A stretch of 36,496 nt of DNA from assembly GCA_013813945.1 (NCBI GenBank), contig JACCQV010000586.1, forward strand, positions 1 to 36,496, in the 5' to 3' direction. The notes under the pieces were generated by a model. The model made no database searches. It saw only the letters and a list, made by a program, of their open reading frames with translations, and was not told the DNA's origin. Both the position numbers and the translations under genes were made by a program. The DNA is from Deltaproteobacteria bacterium (lineage in GTDB: Bacteria > Myxococcota_A > Polyangia > Haliangiales > Haliangiaceae). Every line of letters starts with the position of its first letter. Position 1 is the stretch's first letter. Below are positions 24,000 through 33,040 of this stretch, one piece after another.

Positions 24000-25229
24000 A
24001 TGCGGATCTTACAGATCTCATATGGCGTCGCGCCGAAGCGACTCGCGCCGGGCGGCGGAGAGCTCGGGATGTTTCAGAACCTCTGCGCGCTGCGCGCCCT
24101 CGGTCACGAAGTGCACCTCGCGGTACTCGGTTCGAACGACCCGATCACGGACGATGTCCGCGAGCGCACCGCGACGACCCACCAGATCTCGGCGACGCGC
24201 ACCCCACTCGCACTGCGACCTCTTGCACGAGTGCTCAATCCCGAAACGTTTCCACTGCGGTTTCCGTCTTCGACCGGCTTCGCCGACGCGGTTGATGATC
24301 TCGCTCGCAGCCTGAAACCCGCGCTCATCTGGGCAGATAGCGTGTGGGCGCTTGCCGCGGCTCCGCGTGATCGGTACCCGGTGGTGTTCGGCAACTACGA
24401 TTTCCTGTTCAAGCTGAAGACGGTCCGGAAGTCGACGGCGCGACGGCTCGAGCCTCGTGACCTTCTCGATGTGAAGGCGCTTCGCGCCAGAATCCATCGC
24501 CCGGACGCGATGACGTTGAGCACGCTCAAGTCGTTGGAGTTGCGGCTGGCGGGCGAAGCCGCGCACGTGATGTGCGTGTCGGCGTCGGAGTCAGAGTTTC
24601 TCCAGACGCGGGGTATCCAGAGCACGACCATCCCGATCGTGGGTCCAACGATTCCGAAGCCCACGGTCGTTCGCGATGCGAAGCCCCGCTTCTTCTTGTT
24701 TGGAAACCACAACACGGCGCATGCATCGGCGCTCGCAGAGATCCGTCATCGCCTGTGGCCGGCGCTGGAGAAAGTGGGGGGCCCCGGGGAGTGGCACCAG
24801 CTCGGCAAGCCACCCAAGCGCCCCGACCAGGACTGGCAGTGGATGGAACGCTCGTTTCAGCACATTCATGGCTTCGTCGACGATCTCGCAACCGTGTTTC
24901 GGCCGGGCGATATCTCCGTTGTGCCCTACCGACATGACACCGGTTTTCGCACCAAGTTCACGGTAGCCGCTGGGTACGGAGTCGTGAGCGCTGGGTATCA
25001 GGAGAGCTTCCTGTGCGCGCCCGAGTTCACGCCTTCCGTGAACTGCATCGCGGCGACGACTGCCGAGGATCTCGCGGCGACCTTGCGCCGCGTCGTGGAC
25101 GATCACGCCTGGAGCTCGTCGCTTGGTGAAGGAGCTCGTGAGCTCTACGAGAAGACCTACACGTTCGAAGCACAGCTTCCCCGCTACGCGCAGGTGCTCG
25201 ATTCGGCTCTGGCGTCGCGTCGGACCTGA
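24000..25229 (+). CDS. Putative GT-B fold glycosyltransferase (GT4-like)
   Basis: The N-terminus MRILQISYGVAPKRLAPGGGELGMFQNLCALRALGHEVHL is typical of GT4 N-domains. The C-terminal half is divergent, with no clean EX7E motif seen. Confidence 0.55.
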   Translation: MRILQISYGVAPKRLAPGGGELGMFQNLCALRALGHEVHLAVLGSNDPITDDVRERTATTHQISATRTPLALRPLARVLNPETFPLRFPSSTGFADAVDDLARSLKPALIWADSVWALAAAPRDRYPVVFGNYDFLFKLKTVRKSTARRLEPRDLLDVKALRARIHRPDAMTLSTLKSLELRLAGEAAHVMCVSASESEFLQTRGIQSTTIPIVGPTIPKPTVVRDAKPRFFLFGNHNTAHASALAEIRHRLWPALEKVGGPGEWHQLGKPPKRPDQDWQWMERSFQHIHGFVDDLATVFRPGDISVVPYRHDTGFRTKFTVAAGYGVVSAGYQESFLCAPEFTPSVNCIAATTAEDLAATLRRVVDDHAWSSSLGEGARELYEKTYTFEAQLPRYAQVLDSALASRRT

Positions 25230-26657
25230 TCAGCCGTGCGCGGGCCCGACGGCACTCGCGGCCAGGGCCCGAGTGATGTCCGCGATGTTGCTCGGTTCCA
25301 TTGCCTCGGGATGGCTGCGCGGGTTGTGCATGCGACCGGGATAGGACGTCTGGAACATGGCAGAGACCAGCGCCAGCACGGCCTCGGAGTCAGGCTTGTG
25401 CGCGGTCAGTGCCTTGCTGAACATTCCGTACCAGCCGTCCTTGGGTACGTCATTCGCCCGATACACGTGCGGCAGGATGTCGAACCAGACCGCACCGAAG
25501 ATCACGACAGGCTTGTCGAACAGCATCCCTTCCCAGCCCATCGTGCCGGTGATCACCGTGATCAGTCGCGCGTCACGAATCAGTGACCAGGTGTCCTCGT
25601 CCGGGCCCAGCAAGCGTACGGACGGGATTGCCTTGATCGCTTCATAGAACGACAGAGGGAGCCGACCGCGATTCGTCTTGTGTTCCTTGACGTACAGCCG
25701 GTATCCGACGGGAAGCGACTGCGCGATCTCCCGTAGCAACGAGATCTGATCGAGATACATCGGCGCCTGAACCAGAGTCGATGCCTCGGGTTGGAAGTGG
25801 ATTGGATAGAGGACGTACTTCTCGCCGGCGACCGGTCGTTCAAACAGCTTGGTGATCTCCGCGATCTGGATGCGAGCGATCCGGCGGACGCGCTGACGGA
25901 TCACCTGGAGCGGTGCAGTGCTCGTCGGGTCATCACGATCGCCGAGGTATCGAGAGACCGCCTGCGTGAGATATCGGAGGTCTTCGAGGCCCATGCCCGG
26001 ACGCACGGCTCGGACATTCATGCCAGGTGGTGGCGCTGGGTGGTTGCGAAACTCGTCGACGTACTTCGTAGCCTCGACCCGCTCGTCGTTCGTGAGCCCG
26101 CGGGCGCGGATCTCGTTGTAGAGGGACTCGACGCGCTCGGACCGCTGAAAGCCGGCCGAGTAGATGCTCAGGCGCTTGGGGAGTCTGGCTGTCCCGATAC
26201 ACCAAAAGGGAATCTTGCGTTCGCGCGCCAAGATGAAGTGGGCGTAGCTCGTGAAACAGGAGATGTCCTCGGAGAATACGAAGTCCGGCTTGATCCGATC
26301 ATAGGCGGCAGCCACCTCGCGAAGGATGACCTCGGCGAGCCGCAGGATCTGCTCGTAGGTCCGTCCCTTGAGCAAGTGCCGCTCGGCAGCCAGCATTCGC
26401 TGGATCGACACGCCGAGCTCCCGCTCGCGGCGCTCGAGCCATTCCACGTCGGGTTGCTGACCATCGTCGCAGAGTGGAAGCAGGTCGCGGGTAAACACGA
26501 TCAGTGGCTCGTAGGTGACCCCTCGATCGAGAATCGTACGCGCCTGCTGTTCGCCCCAGACGAAACCGCTGTGCGTGTCGACGCCACTGGCTCGGAGTCC
26601 AGCGGCGACCTCGTGGAAGAGTTTTTCGTGAACCGAAAAGAAGATGTACGACTTCAT
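25230..26657 (-). CDS. Capsule polysaccharide biosynthesis protein, KpsS/KpsC-like (Capsule_synth-type)
   Basis: YVLYPIHFQPEASTLVQAPMYLDQISLLREIAQSLPVGYRLYVKEHK...VITGTMGWEGMLFDKPVVIFG resembles the Capsule_synth signature. ATG 26657 is preceded by GGAG at about -10. The track start at 26744 would overlap the upstream gene. Confidence 0.5.
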   Translation of the reverse strand: MKSYIFFSVHEKLFHEVAAGLRASGVDTHSGFVWGEQQARTILDRGVTYEPLIVFTRDLLPLCDDGQQPDVEWLERRERELGVSIQRMLAAERHLLKGRTYEQILRLAEVILREVAAAYDRIKPDFVFSEDISCFTSYAHFILARERKIPFWCIGTARLPKRLSIYSAGFQRSERVESLYNEIRARGLTNDERVEATKYVDEFRNHPAPPPGMNVRAVRPGMGLEDLRYLTQAVSRYLGDRDDPTSTAPLQVIRQRVRRIARIQIAEITKLFERPVAGEKYVLYPIHFQPEASTLVQAPMYLDQISLLREIAQSLPVGYRLYVKEHKTNRGRLPLSFYEAIKAIPSVRLLGPDEDTWSLIRDARLITVITGTMGWEGMLFDKPVVIFGAVWFDILPHVYRANDVPKDGWYGMFSKALTAHKPDSEAVLALVSAMFQTSYPGRMHNPRSHPEAMEPSNIADITRALAASAVGPAHG

Positions 26658-26682
26658 ATTAAGAGCTCCGTCACCAGCTCGA

Positions 26683-27651
26683 CTACGTCTGCGCGCGCGT
26701 TCGATACCATGAGACCGTGTCTCGAAATGCCTGATCGCGCTCAACGGGCGCGCGCCACCCGAGACGCTCGCGTGCCTTGTTTGCGTTCACGGTCAGCGAA
26801 CCAAAGATCTGATGAACGACCTTCTCCCGACGAAGGACGCGAGATGCGAGGCGAACTAGCCGTCGAGGTACCGGGAACAAGCGCGCACGACGGTCCATGG
26901 CACGTGCGAGAGTCTCGATCAGCTCGGTCGTTGAGACCGGCTCATCATCGCTGATCAAGAAGGTCTCACCGGCAGCAGCAGGATGCGCGACGCACAACGC
27001 GATGAACGCCGCGAGGTTGCCAACGTAGATCATGCTGCGCTGATTGCCAGTGTTTCCTAGTGGGAGCGGCACACCGCGCTCCGCCCATTTCAGCAGCGAG
27101 AGGAAATTTCCTGGCACGCCCGGTCCGTAGACGAGCGGTGGACGAACGATCACGATCTCGAGCGCGGTCCGGGCACTGACCTCGGCCAGCCCACGTTCCG
27201 CGGCCCACTTGGACTCACTGTACGGGCTGTGCGGCCGCGGGGCATCCGACTCGAGGTAGGGGCGTCCGTCCGATCGCTCGGCGCCGTCGCCGTTCACGCC
27301 GATGGTACTGATGAACACGAAGCGCCGAACGCCGGCGGCGACCGCGGCGGCTGCCAGCTGCAGCGTGCCGTCGCGATTGACTCGCAGGAACTCCGCCAGG
27401 GGATCCTGCGAGGTCTCTCGCATCACATGGACGCGCGCCGCAAGGTGGACGACAACGTCGATCCCTGACACCGCGCAGGCGAGGTCGGCACCAGGACCGA
27501 GATCACGGATGAAGATCTCTTCATCCGTGCTTACGGGCTCGCCTGTGCCCGGGCGCCGGAGGGCTGCACGCACGAAGTGTCCATTCGCTCGCAGCGTGGA
27601 GCAGACGGCACGTCCCACAAAACCACTCGCGCCGGTGACGAGGACTCTCAC
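26683..27651 (-). CDS. NAD-dependent epimerase/reductase (extended SDR), WbpV/WbpK-like
   Basis: VRVLVTGASGFVGRAV, STIGVNG and YSESKWAAE (YxxxK). It is co-oriented with the WbpM/WbpL-like genes. I prefer GTG 27651; GTG 27678 is an alternative. Confidence 0.8.
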   Translation of the reverse strand: MRVLVTGASGFVGRAVCSTLRANGHFVRAALRRPGTGEPVSTDEEIFIRDLGPGADLACAVSGIDVVVHLAARVHVMRETSQDPLAEFLRVNRDGTLQLAAAAVAAGVRRFVFISTIGVNGDGAERSDGRPYLESDAPRPHSPYSESKWAAERGLAEVSARTALEIVIVRPPLVYGPGVPGNFLSLLKWAERGVPLPLGNTGNQRSMIYVGNLAAFIALCVAHPAAAGETFLISDDEPVSTTELIETLARAMDRRARLFPVPRRLVRLASRVLRREKVVHQIFGSLTVNANKARERLGWRAPVERDQAFRDTVSWYRTRAQT

Positions 27652-27661
27652 GCGAGATCCG

Positions 27662-28774
27662 TCATGCCGCGCGAACACCGAGGACGTCGCGATAGACAGC
27701 CTGGGTGTTCGCAAGCAGGCGCTCGAACGTGAACTCCGCTTCGTAGCGCGCGCGTCCATTAGCTCCGAGCTCAGCGCGGAGGTCAGGCCGATCCATCACA
27801 CGCGCCAGGCGATCGGTGAGTGCGGGCTGATCGCCGCGAGGAACCAGGTATCCCGTGACCCCCTCCTTCACCGACTCTGCCACTCCACCGACACTGGAGG
27901 AGATCACCGGGAGACCGGCACGCATGGCCTCGAGGATACTGCGTGGAAACCCCTCCCAGTTCGTGACGAGGACGAAGGCATCAGATGCAGCGAGTAGCTC
28001 GCCGACATTCTTGCGCAGCCCGAGGAAGTGGATCCGATCGAGGACACCGAGCTCTGCAGCGAGTGCCTTGGACGCCGCCATCAAAGGACCATCGCCGACG
28101 ATGGTGAGCTCCCATGCTCTCGCGCGGAGCGACGCAAGCGAACGGATGAGCAGCAGATGATCTTTTTGCGCCTCGAAGCGCGCCACGGTGATGAGGCGGA
28201 CAGGAGCGCCCATTGCCCCGTGCGTCGCACGATGAGCGGGGTCGACGTCGTGCACTCCGTTGTGCACCGTGACGATCTTGTCGGCTGGTGCGATCCGGTG
28301 TTCCAGGGCGAGGTTGCGATCGTAGTCGGAGACGGTGATGACGCGCGTCGCGAGTGTGGCGGTCAGGCGCTCGACCCCGATGTAGACACGGCGCTGCATC
28401 GCGGGCACACCCTCGGTGAACGACCAACCATGCGCGGTGAACAGCGTCGGGATCCGCAGCGCTCGGCCGACCGTACGTCCGAGCCATCCCGCCTTGGCAG
28501 AGTGCGTGGAGATGAGATCGGGTCGAAGCTCGCGCATTCGACGTCCCAGCTCGAACACCGCCTTCGCGTCTTTCACCGGATGAATCGCGCGGACGAGATT
28601 CTTCAGCGAGACGTAGGGGACGCTACGCTCACGGAGCTGTTCCGTGAATGGACCCTCGCCGCCGACCATCACGGTGACGTCGTGTTCTCCCATCATCTTC
28701 TGCGATAGGTCACGAACGTGGATATGAGCGCCTCCAATGGCGTCCGAGCGAGTGATCAGATAGACGATTCTCAA
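27662..28774 (-). CDS. Glycosyltransferase family 4
   Basis: RIVYLITRSDAIGGAHIHVRDL N-domain and WEGFPRSILEAMRAGLPVISSSVGGVAESV (EX7E-type). The inferred TTG start overlaps the wzy-like stop (TTGA) with GGAGA upstream. The upstream 296 codons of the track ORF lie inside the neighbouring gene. Confidence 0.85.
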   Translation of the reverse strand: MRIVYLITRSDAIGGAHIHVRDLSQKMMGEHDVTVMVGGEGPFTEQLRERSVPYVSLKNLVRAIHPVKDAKAVFELGRRMRELRPDLISTHSAKAGWLGRTVGRALRIPTLFTAHGWSFTEGVPAMQRRVYIGVERLTATLATRVITVSDYDRNLALEHRIAPADKIVTVHNGVHDVDPAHRATHGAMGAPVRLITVARFEAQKDHLLLIRSLASLRARAWELTIVGDGPLMAASKALAAELGVLDRIHFLGLRKNVGELLAASDAFVLVTNWEGFPRSILEAMRAGLPVISSSVGGVAESVKEGVTGYLVPRGDQPALTDRLARVMDRPDLRAELGANGRARYEAEFTFERLLANTQAVYRDVLGVRAA

Positions 28775-29937
28775 GTGGGTCTCCGGCTCGAACCGGCGTG
28801 GAGCTTGCACGCGACAAATAGGGCCAGCAACACCCAGAGCATCGTGAATCGAAGCCCCTGATGAGCGATCGTGTACGCGAAGGTCGGCACCAGCATCACC
28901 GTGACTCGTAAATGCGCGCGCTTCACGACGCGCAGCGCAAACATAAGAAACAGAACTGTGCCCACGATTCCATAGCTGAACACCACGGTCGCCGCGGAGG
29001 AATGAATTTCGAGCGCCTCTTTGTCCGTCTCGGTGAATCGCTGGAAGTCGCCCTCGCCCGCGCCAACTAGCAAGTGCTCCTTGTACTCCCAGAGTCGGTT
29101 GTAATTCCGCTCCTCGATGAAGCTGGTTTCTTTGTCTCGGTCGATGAGGATGCGCCGCTGCTCCGTGTAGCTCATCGAGTCTGCGATCGGACCACCCAGC
29201 GCGAGCAGAGCCACCGCCGCGATCACGCCAAGCGCGATCAGCCGTGGATTCGAGAACACCAACAGAACGAACAGAATGCCGATACCCGCCGTTGCGGCGC
29301 GTGATGCCGAGAGGATCGAGAGATACGTACAGCCCGTCAGTGCAATACTTGCGGTGAGGAGACTGATCCGCGCCGGACGCTGCACCAACGACACCAGGCA
29401 GGCGGCGAGCAGCGCGTAGTAACCGAGCTGGTTCGGGTTGTTGAACCACAAGGTTCCTCGCAAATCGCCGCGGCGGAAGAGCGACGCCACCACGAGGAAT
29501 CCCACCATGGCAGTGATCACGAGCCCCGTGATCCGGATGAAGACTTGCCCGTGTCGCTGATACAGCACCTGGGCGGTGAAGAACATCACCGCGTTGAACG
29601 CGTAATAGAACGGGTGCAGCACGTAATCGCGCAGCCCCCACTTCCACTGGATCAACGCCCACGTGAAGTTCACGAGGAAGACCCAGAGCGTGAACAACGC
29701 CAGCGGTCGGAGAATCTGGAGAACGGCAGCCTGGAGCCTGCCATTCCAGCCCCGCAACGCGAGGGGGATCAACAAGATGAGCAACGCATTTCCCGGCTGA
29801 GGCAGCCCGCTGTCTCCCACGTAGAACGGAATCGACATCAGGTAGAGCGCCCAGACGATCAGTACGGGATCCCTGACCAGGATCCGGATCAGATCCTTCC
29901 CGTCTTGGCCCTTCGGCGCTGCTGCAGCGAGCTTCAT
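28771..29937 (-). CDS. Wzy_C / O-antigen-ligase-family integral membrane protein (probable repeat-unit polymerase)
   Basis: 388 aa with many hydrophobic segments. ILSASRAATAGIGILFVLL and LLVGAGEGDFQRF...EIHSSAATVVFSYGIVG resemble the Wzy_C loop/His region. The ATG overlaps the upstream stop (ATGA). Confidence 0.65.
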   Translation of the reverse strand: MKLAAAAPKGQDGKDLIRILVRDPVLIVWALYLMSIPFYVGDSGLPQPGNALLILLIPLALRGWNGRLQAAVLQILRPLALFTLWVFLVNFTWALIQWKWGLRDYVLHPFYYAFNAVMFFTAQVLYQRHGQVFIRITGLVITAMVGFLVVASLFRRGDLRGTLWFNNPNQLGYYALLAACLVSLVQRPARISLLTASIALTGCTYLSILSASRAATAGIGILFVLLVFSNPRLIALGVIAAVALLALGGPIADSMSYTEQRRILIDRDKETSFIEERNYNRLWEYKEHLLVGAGEGDFQRFTETDKEALEIHSSAATVVFSYGIVGTVLFLMFALRVVKRAHLRVTVMLVPTFAYTIAHQGLRFTMLWVLLALFVACKLHAGSSRRPT

Positions 29938-30965
29938 CGCGGCCCTCTCGAGAGCACGCGCAGCAATCCGAGCACGACGAGCACTCCGCAGCAGAGCGCG
30001 GTGATCGACATGGTTCTGGACGGCACGACTACAGTCAGCAGAGCGAACCCGAGCAGGATGAGGTTCACGACGAAGACCCGAGTGACGATCTCGATGACCG
30101 TGAATCCTCGGTCGGTGGCGCGCTGATAGAAGTGCGTCCGATGCGCTTCCCAGATGCGCTCATGACGTGCGGCGCGGCGAGCCAACGTGATGGTTGCGTC
30201 GGCGACATGGTAGAGCGGCAGCAGGATCGCGGCGGCGAGATGGCCGGAGCCGGCGACGAGGACTAGCAGCCAGCCAAGGAGCAGGCCAATCGGAAGGCTG
30301 CCGACATCGCCCAGAAACAACTTCGCAACAGGTCGATTGAACGGCGCGAAACCGACTGTCGAGCCACCGATGGCGAGCGCTATCACTGCCGCGATCGCCG
30401 GTGCCTCTCCCATCACTCCGAGCGTGCAGATGCCCGCGCAGACAGGTAGGACGCCGGCGACCGTGATCCAGTCGATTCCATCCATGAAGTTGACGAGGTT
30501 GATGAACCACGTGATCGCAACGACGACGAGCACGCGCTCGATCAGGAACGGTAGCCACGCCACGACGCGCAGCTCTGCCGGGATGGTCCAGATCACAGCA
30601 GCTGCGACGATGAGCTGACACGCGAGGCGCGGCATAGCACGCAGGGTCACGATGTCGTCGGCAGCACCGACGATAGCGAGCACCGCGGTCGAGCTGAGCA
30701 GGACCGCGAGCGATGGCGCGTGAGCGAGCGTCGGAACCAGGATCGACACGAGAATCGTCGCACCCAACGAGGTGGCGACAATCGCTATTCCACCACCCTG
30801 GGGGGTCGGGATGCGATGCGACGAGCGGACGTTGGGCCGAGCGAGCGCGTAACGGGCGAGCGTCGGGCGCAAGAGATGGATCAGAGCTGCCGTCGTGAGT
30901 GCAGAGCCGAGCGCAATCGCAGGTACAGCCAACGCCCAGAACGCCACAGGAGAATCAGGCAGCAC
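29934..30965 (-). CDS. Polyprenyl-phosphate HexNAc-1-phosphate transferase (MraY/WecA/WbpL family), initiating enzyme
   Basis: IPTPQGGGIAIV, NLVNFMDGIDWI and FNRPVAKLFLGDVGSLPIG motifs, with multiple TM segments. I prefer GTG 30965, 22 nt after the upstream stop. The track start at 31079 overlaps the upstream gene. Confidence 0.85.
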   Translation of the reverse strand: MLPDSPVAFWALAVPAIALGSALTTAALIHLLRPTLARYALARPNVRSSHRIPTPQGGGIAIVATSLGATILVSILVPTLAHAPSLAVLLSSTAVLAIVGAADDIVTLRAMPRLACQLIVAAAVIWTIPAELRVVAWLPFLIERVLVVVAITWFINLVNFMDGIDWITVAGVLPVCAGICTLGVMGEAPAIAAVIALAIGGSTVGFAPFNRPVAKLFLGDVGSLPIGLLLGWLLVLVAGSGHLAAAILLPLYHVADATITLARRAARHERIWEAHRTHFYQRATDRGFTVIEIVTRVFVVNLILLGFALLTVVVPSRTMSITALCCGVLVVLGLLRVLSRGPR

Positions 30966-30987
30966 GTCGCGTTCTGCCTCGTCGCAC

Positions 30988-32901
30988 TCAGTTCGGCCGC
31001 GCGAACATGAGGTCCGCCTCGAAGCGCGCCGTTGCACGCGCGGGTCGCGCAACCTTGTACTCGGGCACGAGATCGCCAAGCGCGCCGCGGACCAGGTCGG
31101 AATCCGTGCCGCCTGCGAGCTCCAGTAGCATCGTCACTGCGGACGCGACAGCGTCGAGCTCCTGACGCATGACGCGGCCGATGAAGACCTTGGGGTGCTT
31201 CGTCTTGTCGGCCTGCTCTGCGTCAGTGGACAGCTCTTCCATGAGCTTCTCGCCGGGGCGAACGCCACAGAACTCGATCTTGATATCCTCGTCGGGGCGG
31301 AGGCCCGACAGGATGATCAGGTCTCGCGCGAGATCCACGATGCGAACTGGATCTCCCATATCGAGGATGAAAATCTCGCCGCCGTGTCCCATCGCTCCTG
31401 CTTGCAGCACGAGCTGACTCGCTTCGGGTATCGTCATGAAGTACCGCTTCATGTCGGGATGAGTGACCGTGACAGGGCCGCCCTTTGCGATCTGCTCGCG
31501 AAAGATCGGAATCACGCTGCCTGCGGAGTCGAGAACGTTACCGAATCGCACCGTCACGAATCGCGTGCTGGATCGCTCGGATAGCGCCTGCAAGTAGATC
31601 TCGGCGACGCGCTTCGTCGCTCCCATGACGGAGCTAGGATTGACGGCCTTGTCGGTCGAGATGAGCACGAACCGTTGGACGCCAAAGCGATGCGCCAGAT
31701 CGGCCACGATCCGGGTCCCGCCGACGTTGTTCTTGACGGCCTCGCCCGGGTTCCACTCCATCATCGGCACGTGCTTGTGTGCGGCCGCATGAAACAGGAG
31801 CTCTGGCTTGGACGCGGCCATGACCTGTTCCATCCGAGCGGCGTCACATACGTCGGCCACACGGGGATCGATGGGCACGTGAGGGAACGCGGCTGCGAGC
31901 TCGCGATGAATCTCGAACAATGCGTTCTCGTACCGCTCGACGAGGACCAGCCGCTCGGGTCCGAACCGACAGACCTGCCTACACAGCTCCGAGCCAATGC
32001 TGCCGCCGGCCCCTGTGACCAGCACGACGCGGCTGCGGATCGCAGCACCGACGATGTCTTCATCGAGCTGGACGGGTTCGCGACCGAGGAGATCCTCGAT
32101 CGCTACCTCGCGAATGCGCGACAGGTTCACCTTGTCGCCGACGATCTCGTACATGCCGGGGATGATCTTTGTCTCGAGCTCCGCATCCCGACACAGCTCG
32201 GAGATCGCGCGGACCTGCTGGCCCGACGCATTCGCGATCGTGATCAACGCTCGGCTGACGCGCTTGCGTTCGGCGATTGCGCCGACATCCTTGATCGAGC
32301 CGAGCACCGAGAGCCCACCGATGCTGGTGCCGATCTTCGTCGGATCGTCGTCGAGGAATCCGACGGGATGGAGATTGAGGTCAGGTCGATTCGCGATCTC
32401 GCGCGCGACCATCACGCCGGCCTGTCCCGCTCCGATCAACAGGACGCGGCGGCGCTCCGGCCCGACGGTCTGCTGATGCCGCTCGATCGATTCACCATGG
32501 AGCCGGCGGAGCGCACGCGCGCCCGACAGGCCTACAAACGCCATGACAAAGGTCATCGCGAGGACGCCGAGCGGAATTAGCACCGCTTCCATGTGGATCG
32601 AGACGCGATGTCCGAGCAGACGGACGACGACGAGCAGTGCAGTGGAAGCAGACGCAGCCAGCAGCAGCCGGGACGCGTCGCCCATGTTGAAGTAGCGCCA
32701 CGACATCCGGGGCACCCCGAACGCGGCGAGGCCGGCGTAGTGCAGCAGCACCACGTACGGCCAGGTGATCAGCAGCGTCTTCAAGAACGACGCCGGAATC
32801 GCGAACTCGAAGCGGAACAAGAACGCGAACCAGTACGCGATCGACAGGATCGCGACATCGAGCGCGACCTGCACCGTTCTGTTCAGGAACCGTCGGGACA
32901 T
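30988..32901 (-). CDS. Membrane-anchored UDP-HexNAc 4,6-dehydratase (CapD/WbpM/PglF family)
   Basis: N-terminal TM segments, then VLLIGAGQAGVMVAREI, VLVTGAGGSIGSELCRQV, HAAAHKHVPMME and STDKAVNPSSVMGATKRVAE. 637 aa. Confidence 0.9.
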   Translation of the reverse strand: MSRRFLNRTVQVALDVAILSIAYWFAFLFRFEFAIPASFLKTLLITWPYVVLLHYAGLAAFGVPRMSWRYFNMGDASRLLLAASASTALLVVVRLLGHRVSIHMEAVLIPLGVLAMTFVMAFVGLSGARALRRLHGESIERHQQTVGPERRRVLLIGAGQAGVMVAREIANRPDLNLHPVGFLDDDPTKIGTSIGGLSVLGSIKDVGAIAERKRVSRALITIANASGQQVRAISELCRDAELETKIIPGMYEIVGDKVNLSRIREVAIEDLLGREPVQLDEDIVGAAIRSRVVLVTGAGGSIGSELCRQVCRFGPERLVLVERYENALFEIHRELAAAFPHVPIDPRVADVCDAARMEQVMAASKPELLFHAAAHKHVPMMEWNPGEAVKNNVGGTRIVADLAHRFGVQRFVLISTDKAVNPSSVMGATKRVAEIYLQALSERSSTRFVTVRFGNVLDSAGSVIPIFREQIAKGGPVTVTHPDMKRYFMTIPEASQLVLQAGAMGHGGEIFILDMGDPVRIVDLARDLIILSGLRPDEDIKIEFCGVRPGEKLMEELSTDAEQADKTKHPKVFIGRVMRQELDAVASAVTMLLELAGGTDSDLVRGALGDLVPEYKVARPARATARFEADLMFARPN

Positions 32902-33040
32902 CGGAGGTTAGTGGTGGTGAACCACATAGTGTTCATCGACCAATTCGGGAGTCGCCACCAGCACAAACGGACGTCCTCACCGATAGACGCCCTCACGGAG
33001 CGCCTGTCGACTACCGAATGAGCCTCAGCTTTGGAGCGGC

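Noticed and set aside
27662-29662. Track ORFs with long N-terminal extensions, as if they were large fusion proteins. Examples: 27662-29662 (666 aa), 5644-7314 (556 aa), 20240-21667 (475 aa), 1856-3106, 6894-8009, 7945-9753, 22922-23995, 18341-19549.
   Set aside because: The extensions overlap the 3' part of the upstream gene in another frame and are Arg/Pro-rich nonsense. Conserved N-terminal motifs begin at internal ATG, GTG or TTG codons located at or beside the upstream stop codon.
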